This document shows positions 38,540 through 48,529 of a stretch of 64,000 bases of DNA, piece by piece. The DNA is taken from NCBI GenBank assembly GCA_037968555.1, contig JBBKVS010000299.1, positions 323 through 64,322 of the forward strand, written 5' to 3'. Below the pieces are notes generated by a model. The model saw nothing but the letters and a program-made list of their open reading frames with translations. It made no database searches and was not told where the DNA came from. Within the stretch, counting starts at the first letter, position 1, and each line of letters starts with the position of its first letter. The position numbers were made by a program, and so were the translations under genes. This DNA comes from Lysobacterales bacterium (lineage in GTDB: Bacteria > Pseudomonadota > Gammaproteobacteria > Xanthomonadales > SZUA-36).

Positions 38540-39880
38540 GTGTCCTTGATTTCTGAATTAATATTGAAAAAGCGCGATGGCCGCGAATTGAGCGATCAGG
38601 ATATAGGCCTGTTCATCGCGGGCATCAGTAGTCAGCAAGTCACTGATGCTCAAATCGCCGCTTTCACCATGGCCGTCTGGTTTCAGGGTATGAGCGCAGG
38701 TGAGCTCAGGGCTTTGACTCTGGCGATGCGGGATAGCGGTACCGTTTTGCGCTGGGATGATCTGGATGGGCCGGTAGTCGACAAGCATTCCACCGGCGGT
38801 GTGGGCGACCTGGTCAGCCTGGTGTTGGCACCATTGGTGGCTGCTTGTGGTGCTTATGTACCGATGATTTCGGGCCGTGGCCTGGGCCATACGGGCGGAA
38901 CCCTGGACAAACTCGAAAGCATACCGGGCTTTCACACCTCGCCCAGTGAGCCTGAATTTCAGCGCCTGGTGAAAAAGAACGGCTTATCCATCATCGGTCA
39001 AACCGAAAAGCTGGCACCCGCCGACGGCCGCATTTATGCCGTGCGGGATGTGACGGCCACAGTGGCTTCCACACCCCTGATTGTTTCTTCGATACTTTCG
39101 AAAAAGCTGGCTGAAGGCCTGGATGCTTTGGTTATGGATATCAAGGTGGGCAATGGGGCGTTCATGGAAACACTGGAGGATGCCCGCAAGCTGGCATACA
39201 GTTTATGCCGTACCGCCCATGACGCAGGTTTGGCCTGTGATGCCGTGCTAACGGATATGTCGCAGCCCATGTCCTGGTCTGCCGGTAATGCCGTGGAAAT
39301 GCGCGAAGCCTGTGACTACCTGACCGGTACACGTCGACACCCCCGCCTGCATGCCGTGGTGCTGGCAATTGCGGGCGAAATGTTGCAGCTGAGTGGACTG
39401 GCGGATTCGGAAGATTCAGCGACCAGGATGCTGGAGCAGGCATTGGCGAGCGGCCAGGCCGCAGAAAAATTTGCCTGCATGGTGGTGGAGCAGGGTGGTC
39501 CTGCCGATCTGTTGCAGGCCAGCAGCAGATATTTGGCTCTGGCAACATGTTCCCGGCCCATGTTGATGGAGCAAGCCGGTTGGATCAGGAACAAGAACAT
39601 GAATCGCCTGGGCTTGGCAGTAGTAAAACTGGGTGGCGGCCGTCTGCGGGCAGAAGACAAGGTAGATCATTCCGTTGGACTGTCCGGACTACGCTGTACA
39701 GGTGAATTTCTTCAAGCAGGCGAAGAAATACTGACCATACATGCACGCAACGAGTCCGAGTGGGAGCTGGCTGCCGCTCAGTGTCATGCAGCCATTGAGT
39801 TCTCTGAGCAGGCTCCTGAGAATGCGAGCCAGGATATAGTCCTCGATCGAATAAAAGGTGTGGGAACAGCGCAACCATGA
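38540..39880 (+). CDS. deoA: Thymidine phosphorylase
   Basis: GTG 38540 preceded by GGAG. ILKKRDG..., HSTGGVGD. About 446 aa, similar in length to E. coli DeoA. Confidence 0.88.
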   Translation: MSLISELILKKRDGRELSDQDIGLFIAGISSQQVTDAQIAAFTMAVWFQGMSAGELRALTLAMRDSGTVLRWDDLDGPVVDKHSTGGVGDLVSLVLAPLVAACGAYVPMISGRGLGHTGGTLDKLESIPGFHTSPSEPEFQRLVKKNGLSIIGQTEKLAPADGRIYAVRDVTATVASTPLIVSSILSKKLAEGLDALVMDIKVGNGAFMETLEDARKLAYSLCRTAHDAGLACDAVLTDMSQPMSWSAGNAVEMREACDYLTGTRRHPRLHAVVLAIAGEMLQLSGLADSEDSATRMLEQALASGQAAEKFACMVVEQGGPADLLQASSRYLALATCSRPMLMEQAGWIRNKNMNRLGLAVVKLGGGRLRAEDKVDHSVGLSGLRCTGEFLQAGEEILTIHARNESEWELAAAQCHAAIEFSEQAPENASQDIVLDRIKGVGTAQP

Positions 39881-40275
39881 TGGAAACCGATAAAATCAGA
39901 ATGTTGGAACTGGCGCGCAGCGCCAGCGCCGGGGCTTATTCACCCTATAGTAAATTCAAGGTTGGCGCGGCTGTTCTGGATGCAGCTGGCAAAGTGCACG
40001 TGGGCTGCAATGTAGAGAATGCGTCCTACGGGCTGACTTCCTGTGCGGAACGCAATGCCCTGGCCGCTGCTATGGCTAGTGGTGTGCGTGATCTCACTGC
40101 CATCCTGATCTATGTTCCAGGTCCGCGTCTGTTTGAACCCTGCGGTGCTTGCCGACAGGTCATGCTGGAATTGATGCCAGCCTCAGCTCCGGTGTATTCA
40201 ACTTGCGATGTCGAGCAAAAGCGCTGGACTGTTGCCAGTCTGTTACCTGAGCCATTTGTATTTTTGAGTGATTGA
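39877..40275 (+). CDS. cdd: Cytidine deaminase (homotetrameric type)
   Basis: 132 aa with zinc motifs CAERNA and PCGACRQ. ATGA overlap with deoA. Confidence 0.9.
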   Translation: MMETDKIRMLELARSASAGAYSPYSKFKVGAAVLDAAGKVHVGCNVENASYGLTSCAERNALAAAMASGVRDLTAILIYVPGPRLFEPCGACRQVMLELMPASAPVYSTCDVEQKRWTVASLLPEPFVFLSD

Positions 40276-40450
40276 ATAGCAAGCAGCCCAGGTGTTGGCT
40301 GGACCTGGTTCTGGTTGATTGGGCAATCTTCACGATTTCTTCATTTTTGGTACTTTATTCCATAGGAGTATGAAGACAGACCACAATGCGAGGTACACAA
40401 GCCATCCTGATGTTGTGCAGGCTGGGTGTTGCTAAGTTCGGAGGTGCGCA

Positions 40451-42391
40451 GTGAAAGTATCCAGGGTTTACCGGATGTTTCTGGTACCAATGCTGCTGTT
40501 GTATGCAGCGCAAGCGCAGGCCCAACTGGATCCAGATCGGGAGCCCGGTTTTGAACTCAGGCCAGGCCCGGGACAGAGCCGCTTGAATGGATTGACTCCC
40601 GTTTCGGCCGAACAGTGGAACCAGGCAGCAGTCAGGCATGTGCTTCAAGCCTTTGCGTTTGGTGGTCATGCCAGCAGCCAGCAGATTGCCACCTGGGTCG
40701 GCATGAATCCGCATGCCGCAATAACCGAGATGCTGAATTTCGAGCTGGTGAATCCACAGTTATCGGCACCAGGTCCTGCAGATGTGAGCAGTGGCAAATG
40801 CCACTCCATGACCGAGTTGCAAACCTTTTGGGGTTCTGACGATCCCGCCAATCCACTGCGAATGGCAGACCGTCAATTTCACAGGCTGTTATCCGATAAC
40901 ATGCTGCTGCGGCAGGCGGGTTTGTACTTTACCTGGGCCAGAGCCATGCAGACTCATGGGTGCAACCTGTTTCTGCACAAAATGGCTTTTTACCTCACCA
41001 ACTATCACGCGTCCATTCACATTGATAACGCCGGCGTCGCGCTGATCCGTGATTACTATGATGATACGGTCCGTGCCCTGAGCGAAGGCGAGGATTTTGT
41101 AGGCTTGATGTTCCATGCGGCCAGTAACGGGGCATTGGCTGTTGCATATGGGCACGCCAGTAATTATGTCCACCCCTTTACCGGTGCATTCAGTGGTAAC
41201 GATGATTTTGCCCGTGAATATTTTCAATTGCTGTTTGGCATCGAAGGCACCAGCGAAGACCCCCAGTACCACGAAAGCGTTAGCATCGAAAATAACGCCA
41301 AGTTGCTAACCGGCATGGCTCCTGATTTTCTGGCTAACCGCTTCGGATCAATTGCTCGATTCGACTGGTTTACTTCTGATCTGGATTTCACTGATCATGT
41401 GGATTCAACCGGTCGACAGGTGCGTAATCGCACCGCACATTTTGATTTTCGCCTCGGAGCGGCCAGCTGTCTGGAAATACTCCACCAACAGGTCTGTGGC
41501 GCTAATGCAGAGCAAAAGCTGCGCTCACTGGGGTCAGTAGCGGCATCTCACCCGGAAAGTATGGCCAGCGTACCGCTAAAGCTGGTGCGATTTTTTGCTG
41601 ATACCGTGATCACGCCCGAAGAGCAGGCAGCACTGCAACTGGCTTGGGCAGATGCCAATTTTGATCTTTTGAAGTTTGTCCGTGCCTACGCTATCTCAAC
41701 TCAATTTCATGATCCTTCGACCTGGAAGTACTGGTCTGCCTTTGAGCGTAACCTGATCGTTCATAATGCCACTATTCTGGATAATCAGGAATCATTCGCA
41801 AGGCCGGAGTTTTACGGGTCGCTGGTGCGAATGTTCGAACAGGGTGTTTTGCCCTTTGCGCCGATTCGGGATGTGTTTGGTGGCCAGACAGGCAACGACG
41901 CTGCCAATGATCGTTTCGTTTTCAAGAATGCATGGTCAGCCAACGTTGAGAATCCGGAGGTTTTGTCCTCCGTCATCCAATTCCAAGGCCGGGAAGGCGG
42001 CGGAGTTAGTGTGCGTTGGCAGAAAAACTGGTCCAGCGAAATTCCCGGCAATGCCCAGGGTGAATACCTCGTGCAGTATGTTGCTGAATGGCTATGGAGC
42101 CGGTTCATTGCAGATGGCGGAGTGCAGTTTGATAACTTGGCCCGGGCACAGGTTTATAGCTTGTTGGCTACGGGATTCGACTTTGTAGCAGTGCTCGGCG
42201 CTGATGGTCCAGCAACGGTTTTGAACAGCGCTGATTTACAACCTGGCACCACAGCCAATCTGTATATGCGAGCGCTGGCTGAGCACAAGATGAATCTCGC
42301 CGAGTTGCGCCAGCAACACAACATCGGGATGGCCATCAATTTCATCAGTATGTTGCCTTATGCATTTGCAACAGGGGGGGTGAATCCATGA
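40451..42391 (+). CDS. Exported DUF1800-family protein (unknown function)
   Basis: 646 aa. GGAGG 7 nt upstream of GTG 40451. Sec-type signal peptide ...LLLYAAQAQA/QL. Overall resemblance to DUF1800 proteins and the obligatory pairing with DUF1501. Confidence 0.65.
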   Translation: MKVSRVYRMFLVPMLLLYAAQAQAQLDPDREPGFELRPGPGQSRLNGLTPVSAEQWNQAAVRHVLQAFAFGGHASSQQIATWVGMNPHAAITEMLNFELVNPQLSAPGPADVSSGKCHSMTELQTFWGSDDPANPLRMADRQFHRLLSDNMLLRQAGLYFTWARAMQTHGCNLFLHKMAFYLTNYHASIHIDNAGVALIRDYYDDTVRALSEGEDFVGLMFHAASNGALAVAYGHASNYVHPFTGAFSGNDDFAREYFQLLFGIEGTSEDPQYHESVSIENNAKLLTGMAPDFLANRFGSIARFDWFTSDLDFTDHVDSTGRQVRNRTAHFDFRLGAASCLEILHQQVCGANAEQKLRSLGSVAASHPESMASVPLKLVRFFADTVITPEEQAALQLAWADANFDLLKFVRAYAISTQFHDPSTWKYWSAFERNLIVHNATILDNQESFARPEFYGSLVRMFEQGVLPFAPIRDVFGGQTGNDAANDRFVFKNAWSANVENPEVLSSVIQFQGREGGGVSVRWQKNWSSEIPGNAQGEYLVQYVAEWLWSRFIADGGVQFDNLARAQVYSLLATGFDFVAVLGADGPATVLNSADLQPGTTANLYMRALAEHKMNLAELRQQHNIGMAINFISMLPYAFATGGVNP

Positions 42392-43848
42392 AAATCAATC
42401 ACACCCATTCAGAGGTGAGTCGCCGCTCCTTTTTGCGTCAGTCCCTGTACGCTGCATTGGCAACCGGTATGGCGGGATCAATTCCCTTGCGTGCCGCAGC
42501 CATGGACTGCCTGGTAAGCGACCTGCCACGCACACTGGTTAACCTGATGATGCATGGCGGCGCCGATTTGCGATTCCTGTTCATGCCGGCACCGAATCAT
42601 CCGGATGCTGCCTATGTGCAGTTGAATTGGGCAGCCAGACGCAGTTTGTATGCGGCAGATTATCTCAGCTACCAGCAGATGTTTGATGATCAGTATCTGC
42701 TTACAAGGGATCCGTTGGGCGGGCCGTCATTTGGCGTGCATCGTTCTGCTGGTTGGCTGCAAACTGAGATCGAGGCGGGGCGTGCTGCCATTGTCAGTAA
42801 TGCTTTTTGTTCACGCAATCGCCGTCACGATCAATCCATACTTAATGCCGATGCAGGTAATCCAGAGCTGGACATTCTCAATTTTGACCGCAGTGGTTGG
42901 GGTGGAAGGCTGGTTGAACAATTGGGTGCCAATGCAAATAGTGTGGAACTGGGAGGTTCACTTTCAACCTTCAATAAGGGCAGTATATTGGGAGCCCGAC
43001 TGGGCCAGGTGGTGCACGCCAAAGACATGCGAAAAATGGCGCTGGCTTTGCCTGATTCTGGAAATCCTGCTTCAGACCGGAACGTCCTGGCTCGTGCATT
43101 GCAATCATATTATGCCGGGCGGGGGCCTGAAGTCCTTGAATCGCAGCCAGCAAACTGGCCTTACCAAATATTTTTCCAGCACTACAATGCCATCAGTGCA
43201 TTCGGATCAGCCGTTGAGGGTCGCCTGCAGGATTGCCAGGCGTTACCCGAGTCGCTACTGTCTCTGAACCTTAACTCGGCAGGGTTTGCCCAGCAGTGCC
43301 GCAATCTGTTTGACGCTTGTCAAATACCCGATGTCCTCGGTCTGGGGGTATTGTCAATGAGCTACGGTGGCTGGGACACACACGATAACCAGGCAAATGA
43401 GGCCAGCAGTAATTTGTCTGATTTGTTTGGCAATAGTGGCGGATTGGCTACGACCTTGCAGGCGATTGAATCACTGCCCTATGTGGCTACACCGGCAAAA
43501 AACCAGTTGGTATTTTATTTTTCCAGTGACTTTGGCAGGCAAATCGTGGCCAATGGAACAGGTGGCACTGATCACGGTAGGGGAACTTACAGCCTGTTGA
43601 TTGGCGAGCAAATCCGCGGTGGTGTTTATGGGGCCATGTTCTCACAGAGAGAATCCAATCCGGATACAGAAGGTCGGGTGCCATTGCAAACTGCTGGCGC
43701 CGATATTGAGGGGCTGACTTCCACCGACAGAATTCTGCAGCGTGCGGCTGACTGGGTAAAACCAGGAATCGGGGAGTCTGTTTTTCCGACTGCGTTTAAT
43801 GCCAGTCAGGAATTCAACGTTGATCTGGGTGGCTTGCTCCCCAGTTGA
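42388..43848 (+). CDS. Tat-exported DUF1501-family protein (sulfatase/alkaline-phosphatase-like fold, unknown function)
   Basis: Twin-arginine signal SRRSFLRQS...AAA. Motifs GGWDTHDNQ and GGTDHGRG. ATGA overlap with the upstream gene. Confidence 0.75.
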   Translation: MKINHTHSEVSRRSFLRQSLYAALATGMAGSIPLRAAAMDCLVSDLPRTLVNLMMHGGADLRFLFMPAPNHPDAAYVQLNWAARRSLYAADYLSYQQMFDDQYLLTRDPLGGPSFGVHRSAGWLQTEIEAGRAAIVSNAFCSRNRRHDQSILNADAGNPELDILNFDRSGWGGRLVEQLGANANSVELGGSLSTFNKGSILGARLGQVVHAKDMRKMALALPDSGNPASDRNVLARALQSYYAGRGPEVLESQPANWPYQIFFQHYNAISAFGSAVEGRLQDCQALPESLLSLNLNSAGFAQQCRNLFDACQIPDVLGLGVLSMSYGGWDTHDNQANEASSNLSDLFGNSGGLATTLQAIESLPYVATPAKNQLVFYFSSDFGRQIVANGTGGTDHGRGTYSLLIGEQIRGGVYGAMFSQRESNPDTEGRVPLQTAGADIEGLTSTDRILQRAADWVKPGIGESVFPTAFNASQEFNVDLGGLLPS

Positions 43849-44404
43849 TAGGAAGTTCTTTGTTCCGCTTGACGGCCAAAACAGTGCTGCTCCTGATGTT
43901 GCCGGATTTAATGGCGAGCAGGGCTCGAAAGCCCACTGCACCCGCACACAAAAGTGGCGCTGCCTGAGCTTCGGGGATGCTGTCAGGGATTGGGTACACA
44001 AAATCTTCTCCAACGGTCATGTACTCGGCGTAGCCACCTTGCTGATCCTTGCCACAGGCCTGAAACTGTGGGCACAGATTTTCACGGCCTTGCAGGCAAT
44101 AAGCACAATTACCGCAACAGGAATGAATCCAGGCCACACCAACGGTTCTTCCCACCAGTGTAGAGCGGCAATTCGGACCCTCAAGTATCACAGTGCCAAC
44201 CACCTGATGTCCCGGCGTCATAGGGAACTTGGTTGGGCTTGCACGGTTCTCAATTTCATCCAGCTCTGTATGACAGACACCGCAAAAATGAACATGGATA
44301 AGCAACTCCTGCTGGCCTGGGAAAGGAACAGCTATCTGGTCAAGGCTTAAGCCGGAGAACTTCGGATTCAGTGTTCCCGTTTGGTGGATGCGCATGGCTT
44401 TCAT
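43814..44404 (-). pseudogene. 3'-truncated zinc-dependent alcohol dehydrogenase (N-terminal GroES-like domain only)
   Basis: Catalytic and structural zinc motifs GVCHTELD and CCGNCAYCLQGRENLC are present. Homology stops after PLLCAGAVGFRAL, with no Rossmann GxGxxG domain. The remaining reading frame runs antisense into the 3' end of the DUF1501 gene. Confidence 0.6.
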
Positions 44405-44452
44405 GCTGGTGGGAGCAACAGAATCAGCGCCTGTGGGAATAGGGGCTATCAC

Positions 44453-44665
44453 TCACTCAGGCAATTTGGCCAGTGACTGTTGTACTTCAGCAAGTTCCTT
44501 TTCAGCCAATCGATTAATTTCCTGCAACACTTCCAGGTTTTCCAACTGGATGGCTTGCTCCTCAGAATCTGCATCCAGCCCTCGTCGTAAGTCGTCGCGA
44601 ATGGCCTGCAAGCGTTTTTCCAATTCTGCTTGTCGTTGCAACAATTGTTGGCGGGTTTGTACCAT
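44453..44665 (-). CDS. 70-aa coiled-coil protein resembling the N-terminal part of TraR/DksA-family proteins (no zinc finger)
   Basis: ATG 44665 with a GGAG upstream. RRGLDADSEEQAIQLENLEVLQEI resembles the DksA/TraR coiled-coil tip region. The protein ends before any CxxC motif. Confidence 0.35.
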   Translation of the reverse strand: MVQTRQQLLQRQAELEKRLQAIRDDLRRGLDADSEEQAIQLENLEVLQEINRLAEKELAEVQQSLAKLPE

Positions 44666-44803
44666 GGTAGTTTTGCTCCAGTGATGATGATTGATCAGCA
44701 TAAGCAGCCAGACGGGGTTATCCATTGACCCTGGTCACATATAAGGCCAAGGTGTCTATTACAATAGTAAACTCCAGTTTCGGTAATCACGAGGAAATTA
44801 GCG

Positions 44804-45253
44804 ATGTCGTCGTACAAAAACATTTTAGTGGCTGTTGATTTGAGCAATGAGTCCCGAATCGTGATCAAGCGCGCAGTTGAAGCGCTGGCCAAAGGAGCGA
44901 AAATGCACCTGGTTTACGTTCAGGAACCATTGGATTCGGTTTATATGGGTGTAGTGCCCTATGGACCAGTTTTTGTTGGTATGGACGAAGTTGAAGAAAA
45001 TCTGAAGAAAGAATTGGGTGGCAAACTGGCAGGTCTGGGTAAGGAATTTAATGTTGCCAGCAATGATCTCCATTTTCTCAGCGGTTCGCCGGCTCGCGAG
45101 ATTCACAAATTTGTTGACGAACACGCCATTGACCTGGTGGTTATCGGCACACACGGACAGAAGGGTGTTCAGTTGTTGCTGGGCTCCACCGCCAATTCCG
45201 TGCTGCATGGCTGCAGCTGTGATGTGCTCGCTGTGCGCATCAAGGCCGAGTGA
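44804..45253 (+). CDS. uspA: Universal stress protein UspA family
   Basis: 149 aa. YKNILVAVDLS... and GTHG...LGSTANSVL motifs. GAGGA SD. Confidence 0.85.
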   Translation: MSSYKNILVAVDLSNESRIVIKRAVEALAKGAKMHLVYVQEPLDSVYMGVVPYGPVFVGMDEVEENLKKELGGKLAGLGKEFNVASNDLHFLSGSPAREIHKFVDEHAIDLVVIGTHGQKGVQLLLGSTANSVLHGCSCDVLAVRIKAE

Positions 45254-45311
45254 ATGCGCTGATTGAGTTTTCTGTCGCAAAACATTCTGCTGTCTTGCGG
45301 AGGCAAAGATT

Positions 45312-45917
45312 ATGAGTAAAGCGGTATTGGCCTGGATTCTCATATTCATGATGGTACTGTTGTGGTCCGCCTGGCAGCCACATGATTACCCCACCTGGTG
45401 GTTGGAGGTAGCTCCCGCATTAGTGGCCTTGCTGCTGATGATATTTACACGCAAGCGATTTCCTCTAACACCCTTGCTTTATACCTTGATCCTGGTTCAT
45501 GCCATTATTCTGATGGTAGGCGGACACTACACTTATGCTGAGGTACCTGCAGGTGACTGGTGGCGTGATCTGACAGGTGGTTCGCGCAACAATTACGACA
45601 AGCTGGGGCATCTGGCGCAGGGTTTCGTACCTGCAATGGTCGCGCGGGAATTGTTATTGCGTTTCCAGGTAGTCGCCAGGAAGTCCTGGCTAGGCTTTCT
45701 GGTGGTTTGCATATGCTTGGCAATCAGTGCCTTTTACGAGCTGATTGAATGGTGGGTGGCCTTGCTCAGCAGCGAAGCCGCTGAGTCTTTTCTGGGTACT
45801 CAGGGTTATATTTGGGACACGCAGTCGGACATGCTGTGGGCCTTGATCGGTGCCCTTGCAGCATTATTAATGTTGTCGCGAACTCAGGACCGGCAATTAG
45901 CTGCTTCGCCGCACTGA
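45312..45917 (+). CDS. DUF2238 (YjdF-like) inner membrane protein
   Basis: 201 aa polytopic membrane protein. YDKLGHLAQGFVPA and EWWVA motifs recalled from the YjdF family. Confidence 0.55.
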   Translation: MSKAVLAWILIFMMVLLWSAWQPHDYPTWWLEVAPALVALLLMIFTRKRFPLTPLLYTLILVHAIILMVGGHYTYAEVPAGDWWRDLTGGSRNNYDKLGHLAQGFVPAMVARELLLRFQVVARKSWLGFLVVCICLAISAFYELIEWWVALLSSEAAESFLGTQGYIWDTQSDMLWALIGALAALLMLSRTQDRQLAASPH

Positions 45918-45924
45918 AGCCAGT

Positions 45925-46557
45925 TTGGCGAATTTTCAGAGCGTGATTCAGCAGAATTTACTCGGGTCTACAGCCGTTGAAGAGGGGCTAAATCTGCTCG
46001 AAGGATGCCAGTATTACCCTTCCTTTCTGACTGTTGAATCTGCCACGGAATTACTGGCCAGGCTTTGGACCGAATTGCCCTGGCAGCAAAAAGCCATTCG
46101 CATTTTTGGTCGGAACGTTATGCAGCCACGCTTGATCTGTTGGCAGTCGGACCCGGAAGTTTCCTATAGCTACAGTGGGCTCAGGATGGAGCCGGCAGCC
46201 TGGCATCCTCAGCTTGCAGATTTGCGCAGTCGATTGCATTCCGAGCTCCGGCTGGATTTCAACTCGGTTTTGATCAACGCTTATCGTAATGGCAGTGACA
46301 GCATGGGCTGGCATGCGGATGATGAGCCGGAGCTGGGTGCGGAGCCTGCTATAGCTTCTATCAGCCTGGGTGCTGAACGGAATTTTCGCTGGCGAGAGAA
46401 AGCTACGCGCCAAACCGGAGGCCTTTTATTACAACACGGTAGCCTGCAGGTATTATCTGGTTCATTCCAATATCGCTACCAGCATTCTGTACCCAAAACT
46501 ACCCGAGAAAGTGGATTAAGAATCAACTTGACTTTCAGGTTGATTCGCCATACTTGA
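45925..46557 (+). CDS. alkB: Alpha-ketoglutarate-dependent DNA/RNA dioxygenase AlkB family
   Basis: Fe(II)/2OG motifs WHADDE...(H)SVP and RINLTFR. TTG start. Confidence 0.8.
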   Translation: MANFQSVIQQNLLGSTAVEEGLNLLEGCQYYPSFLTVESATELLARLWTELPWQQKAIRIFGRNVMQPRLICWQSDPEVSYSYSGLRMEPAAWHPQLADLRSRLHSELRLDFNSVLINAYRNGSDSMGWHADDEPELGAEPAIASISLGAERNFRWREKATRQTGGLLLQHGSLQVLSGSFQYRYQHSVPKTTRESGLRINLTFRLIRHT

Positions 46558-46565
46558 GTGAACAC

Positions 46566-48479
46566 TCAGGCAGATGCGCTACGATGTTGATCGGCGGTGG
46601 CTGATTTGGTTAGTTTTTCTGTCACAAAAGATTTTATTTGTTGCATCAGGCCTGTCTCATCCAGTCTCGCCAGCGCCAGGCATTCTTCACGAGTGCCGTG
46701 CTCAATGAATCCATCCGCCAAGCCTATATTTAAAACAGGTAGCTGCAGCCCGCTGGCGGCCAGCAGTTCGTTCACAGCACTGCCCGCGCCGCCAGCAAGT
46801 GCATTTTCTTCAACCGTAACCAGCCCATCATGATTTGCAGCTGCTTCCAGAATGGCCGTCGCATCCAGAGGCTTGATAAAACGCATATTGATCAGGCTGG
46901 CATCCAGATTTTTCGCCACAGCTGTACAGGGCTGAACCATGCTGCCCCAGGCTAATATGGCCAGTTTCCTGCCCTTGAGAACGCTGACTGCACGACCTAA
47001 GGGCAGCGCCGACATTGCCGTTTCGGGTATCAGGCCCGGGCCTTTGCCGCGCGGGTATCGCACTGCAGCCGGGCCCTGGTGCATAAAGCCGGTATACAGC
47101 ATCTGCCTGCACTCGTTTTCATCAGCCGGTGCCATGATCAGCATATTGGGAATACAGCGCAAGTAGCTGAGGTCAAAACTGCCAGCATGAGTGGGGCCGT
47201 CCGGCCCGACCAGTCCAGCCCTGTCGATGGCAAACAAAACCGGCAGATTCTGCAAGGCCACATCGTGTATCAGCTGGTCGTAGGCACGTTGCAAAAAGGT
47301 GCTGTAAATGGCCACCACCGGGTGGGCGCCTTCACAGGCCATGCCGGCTGCCAGGGTGACGCTGTGCTGCTCGGCAATGCCCACATCAAAATAACGCTCA
47401 GGAAAGCGTCTATGGAACTCCACCATGCCTGAGCCTTCGCGCATGGCTGGCGTAATGGCCAGCAGGCTTGCATCCAACTCGGCCATATCACACAACCATT
47501 GGCCAAATACCTCGGTGTAGCTAGGGCTGCTGGGTGTTTTGGTGGTGCTGCTTTGCACGCCTTTGTCAGGATCGAATGGTCCCACCGCATGGTATTTAAC
47601 GGGGTCTTGCTCAGCCAGTGCATAACCTTTGCCCTTGGCGGTGATGATATGCAGCAGGTTGGGGCCCTTGACATCGCGAGCGGTGCGTATGGTGCGAATC
47701 AGGGTGGGCAAATCGTGACCATCTATAGGCCCGAGGTAATTGAACCCAAGCTCCTCAAACAGGGTGCTGGGCATGACCATACCTTTGACATGCTCTTCCC
47801 AGCGGCTCATGAAGCGCCAGATTCGTGAGTCGCGTCGCATCAGCTTCTTGCTGCGCTCGCGTATGCCCGTAACCGTGGGGCCGCTCATCAGCCGTCCCAG
47901 CATCTTGGTCAGCGCCCCCACATTGGGTGAAATAGACATCTGGTTTTCGTTCAGCACCACCAATATGTCCGCGTCGGCATCCCCGCCATGATTCAATGCC
48001 TCATAGGCCATTCCTGCGGTCATGGCGCCATCGCCAATAACGGCCACACATTTTCTGTTCTCACCTTGGGCTCGGGAAGCAATGGCCATGCCCAGAGCGG
48101 CACTGATGGAAGTAGAAGAATGCCCGGTACCGAAAGTATCAAAAGGGCTTTCTTCGCGCTTGGGGAAAGGTGCCAGGCCCTGCGCCTGCTTGATGGTAGT
48201 AATGCGGTCAGCCCGGCCGCAGAGGATTTTATGTGGGTAAGCCTGGTGGCCCACATCCCAGACGATGCGATCGTGCGGCGTGTTGTACAGAAAGTGCAGG
48301 GCGACTGTCAATTCAACGCAACCGAGTCCAGCACCAAAATGACCGCCACTCACCGCCACCGATTCGATCAGGAACCGGCGCAGCTCATCCGCTATTTGGG
48401 GCAATAAAGCCTCATCCAGTTGGCGTAAATCGGCTGGACCTTGCAGGCTGCTTAATAGTGGGTATGACTGATCATTCAT
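46566..48479 (-). CDS. dxs: 1-deoxy-D-xylulose-5-phosphate synthase
   Basis: 637 aa with TPP motif [18 protein letters not shown]-like throughout. Confidence 0.95.
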   Translation of the reverse strand: MNDQSYPLLSSLQGPADLRQLDEALLPQIADELRRFLIESVAVSGGHFGAGLGCVELTVALHFLYNTPHDRIVWDVGHQAYPHKILCGRADRITTIKQAQGLAPFPKREESPFDTFGTGHSSTSISAALGMAIASRAQGENRKCVAVIGDGAMTAGMAYEALNHGGDADADILVVLNENQMSISPNVGALTKMLGRLMSGPTVTGIRERSKKLMRRDSRIWRFMSRWEEHVKGMVMPSTLFEELGFNYLGPIDGHDLPTLIRTIRTARDVKGPNLLHIITAKGKGYALAEQDPVKYHAVGPFDPDKGVQSSTTKTPSSPSYTEVFGQWLCDMAELDASLLAITPAMREGSGMVEFHRRFPERYFDVGIAEQHSVTLAAGMACEGAHPVVAIYSTFLQRAYDQLIHDVALQNLPVLFAIDRAGLVGPDGPTHAGSFDLSYLRCIPNMLIMAPADENECRQMLYTGFMHQGPAAVRYPRGKGPGLIPETAMSALPLGRAVSVLKGRKLAILAWGSMVQPCTAVAKNLDASLINMRFIKPLDATAILEAAANHDGLVTVEENALAGGAGSAVNELLAASGLQLPVLNIGLADGFIEHGTREECLALARLDETGLMQQIKSFVTEKLTKSATADQHRSASA

Positions 48480-48529
48480 GCTGGCTATCTTAATCTCAGG
48501 TAGGGCATAGGTTAATGGTCTGGCAAAAT

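Noticed and set aside
40355-40714. 119-aa minus-strand ORF overlapping the DUF1800 start
   Set aside because: It overlaps the signal-peptide-encoding 5' end of a better-supported gene, has no SD and has an implausible composition.
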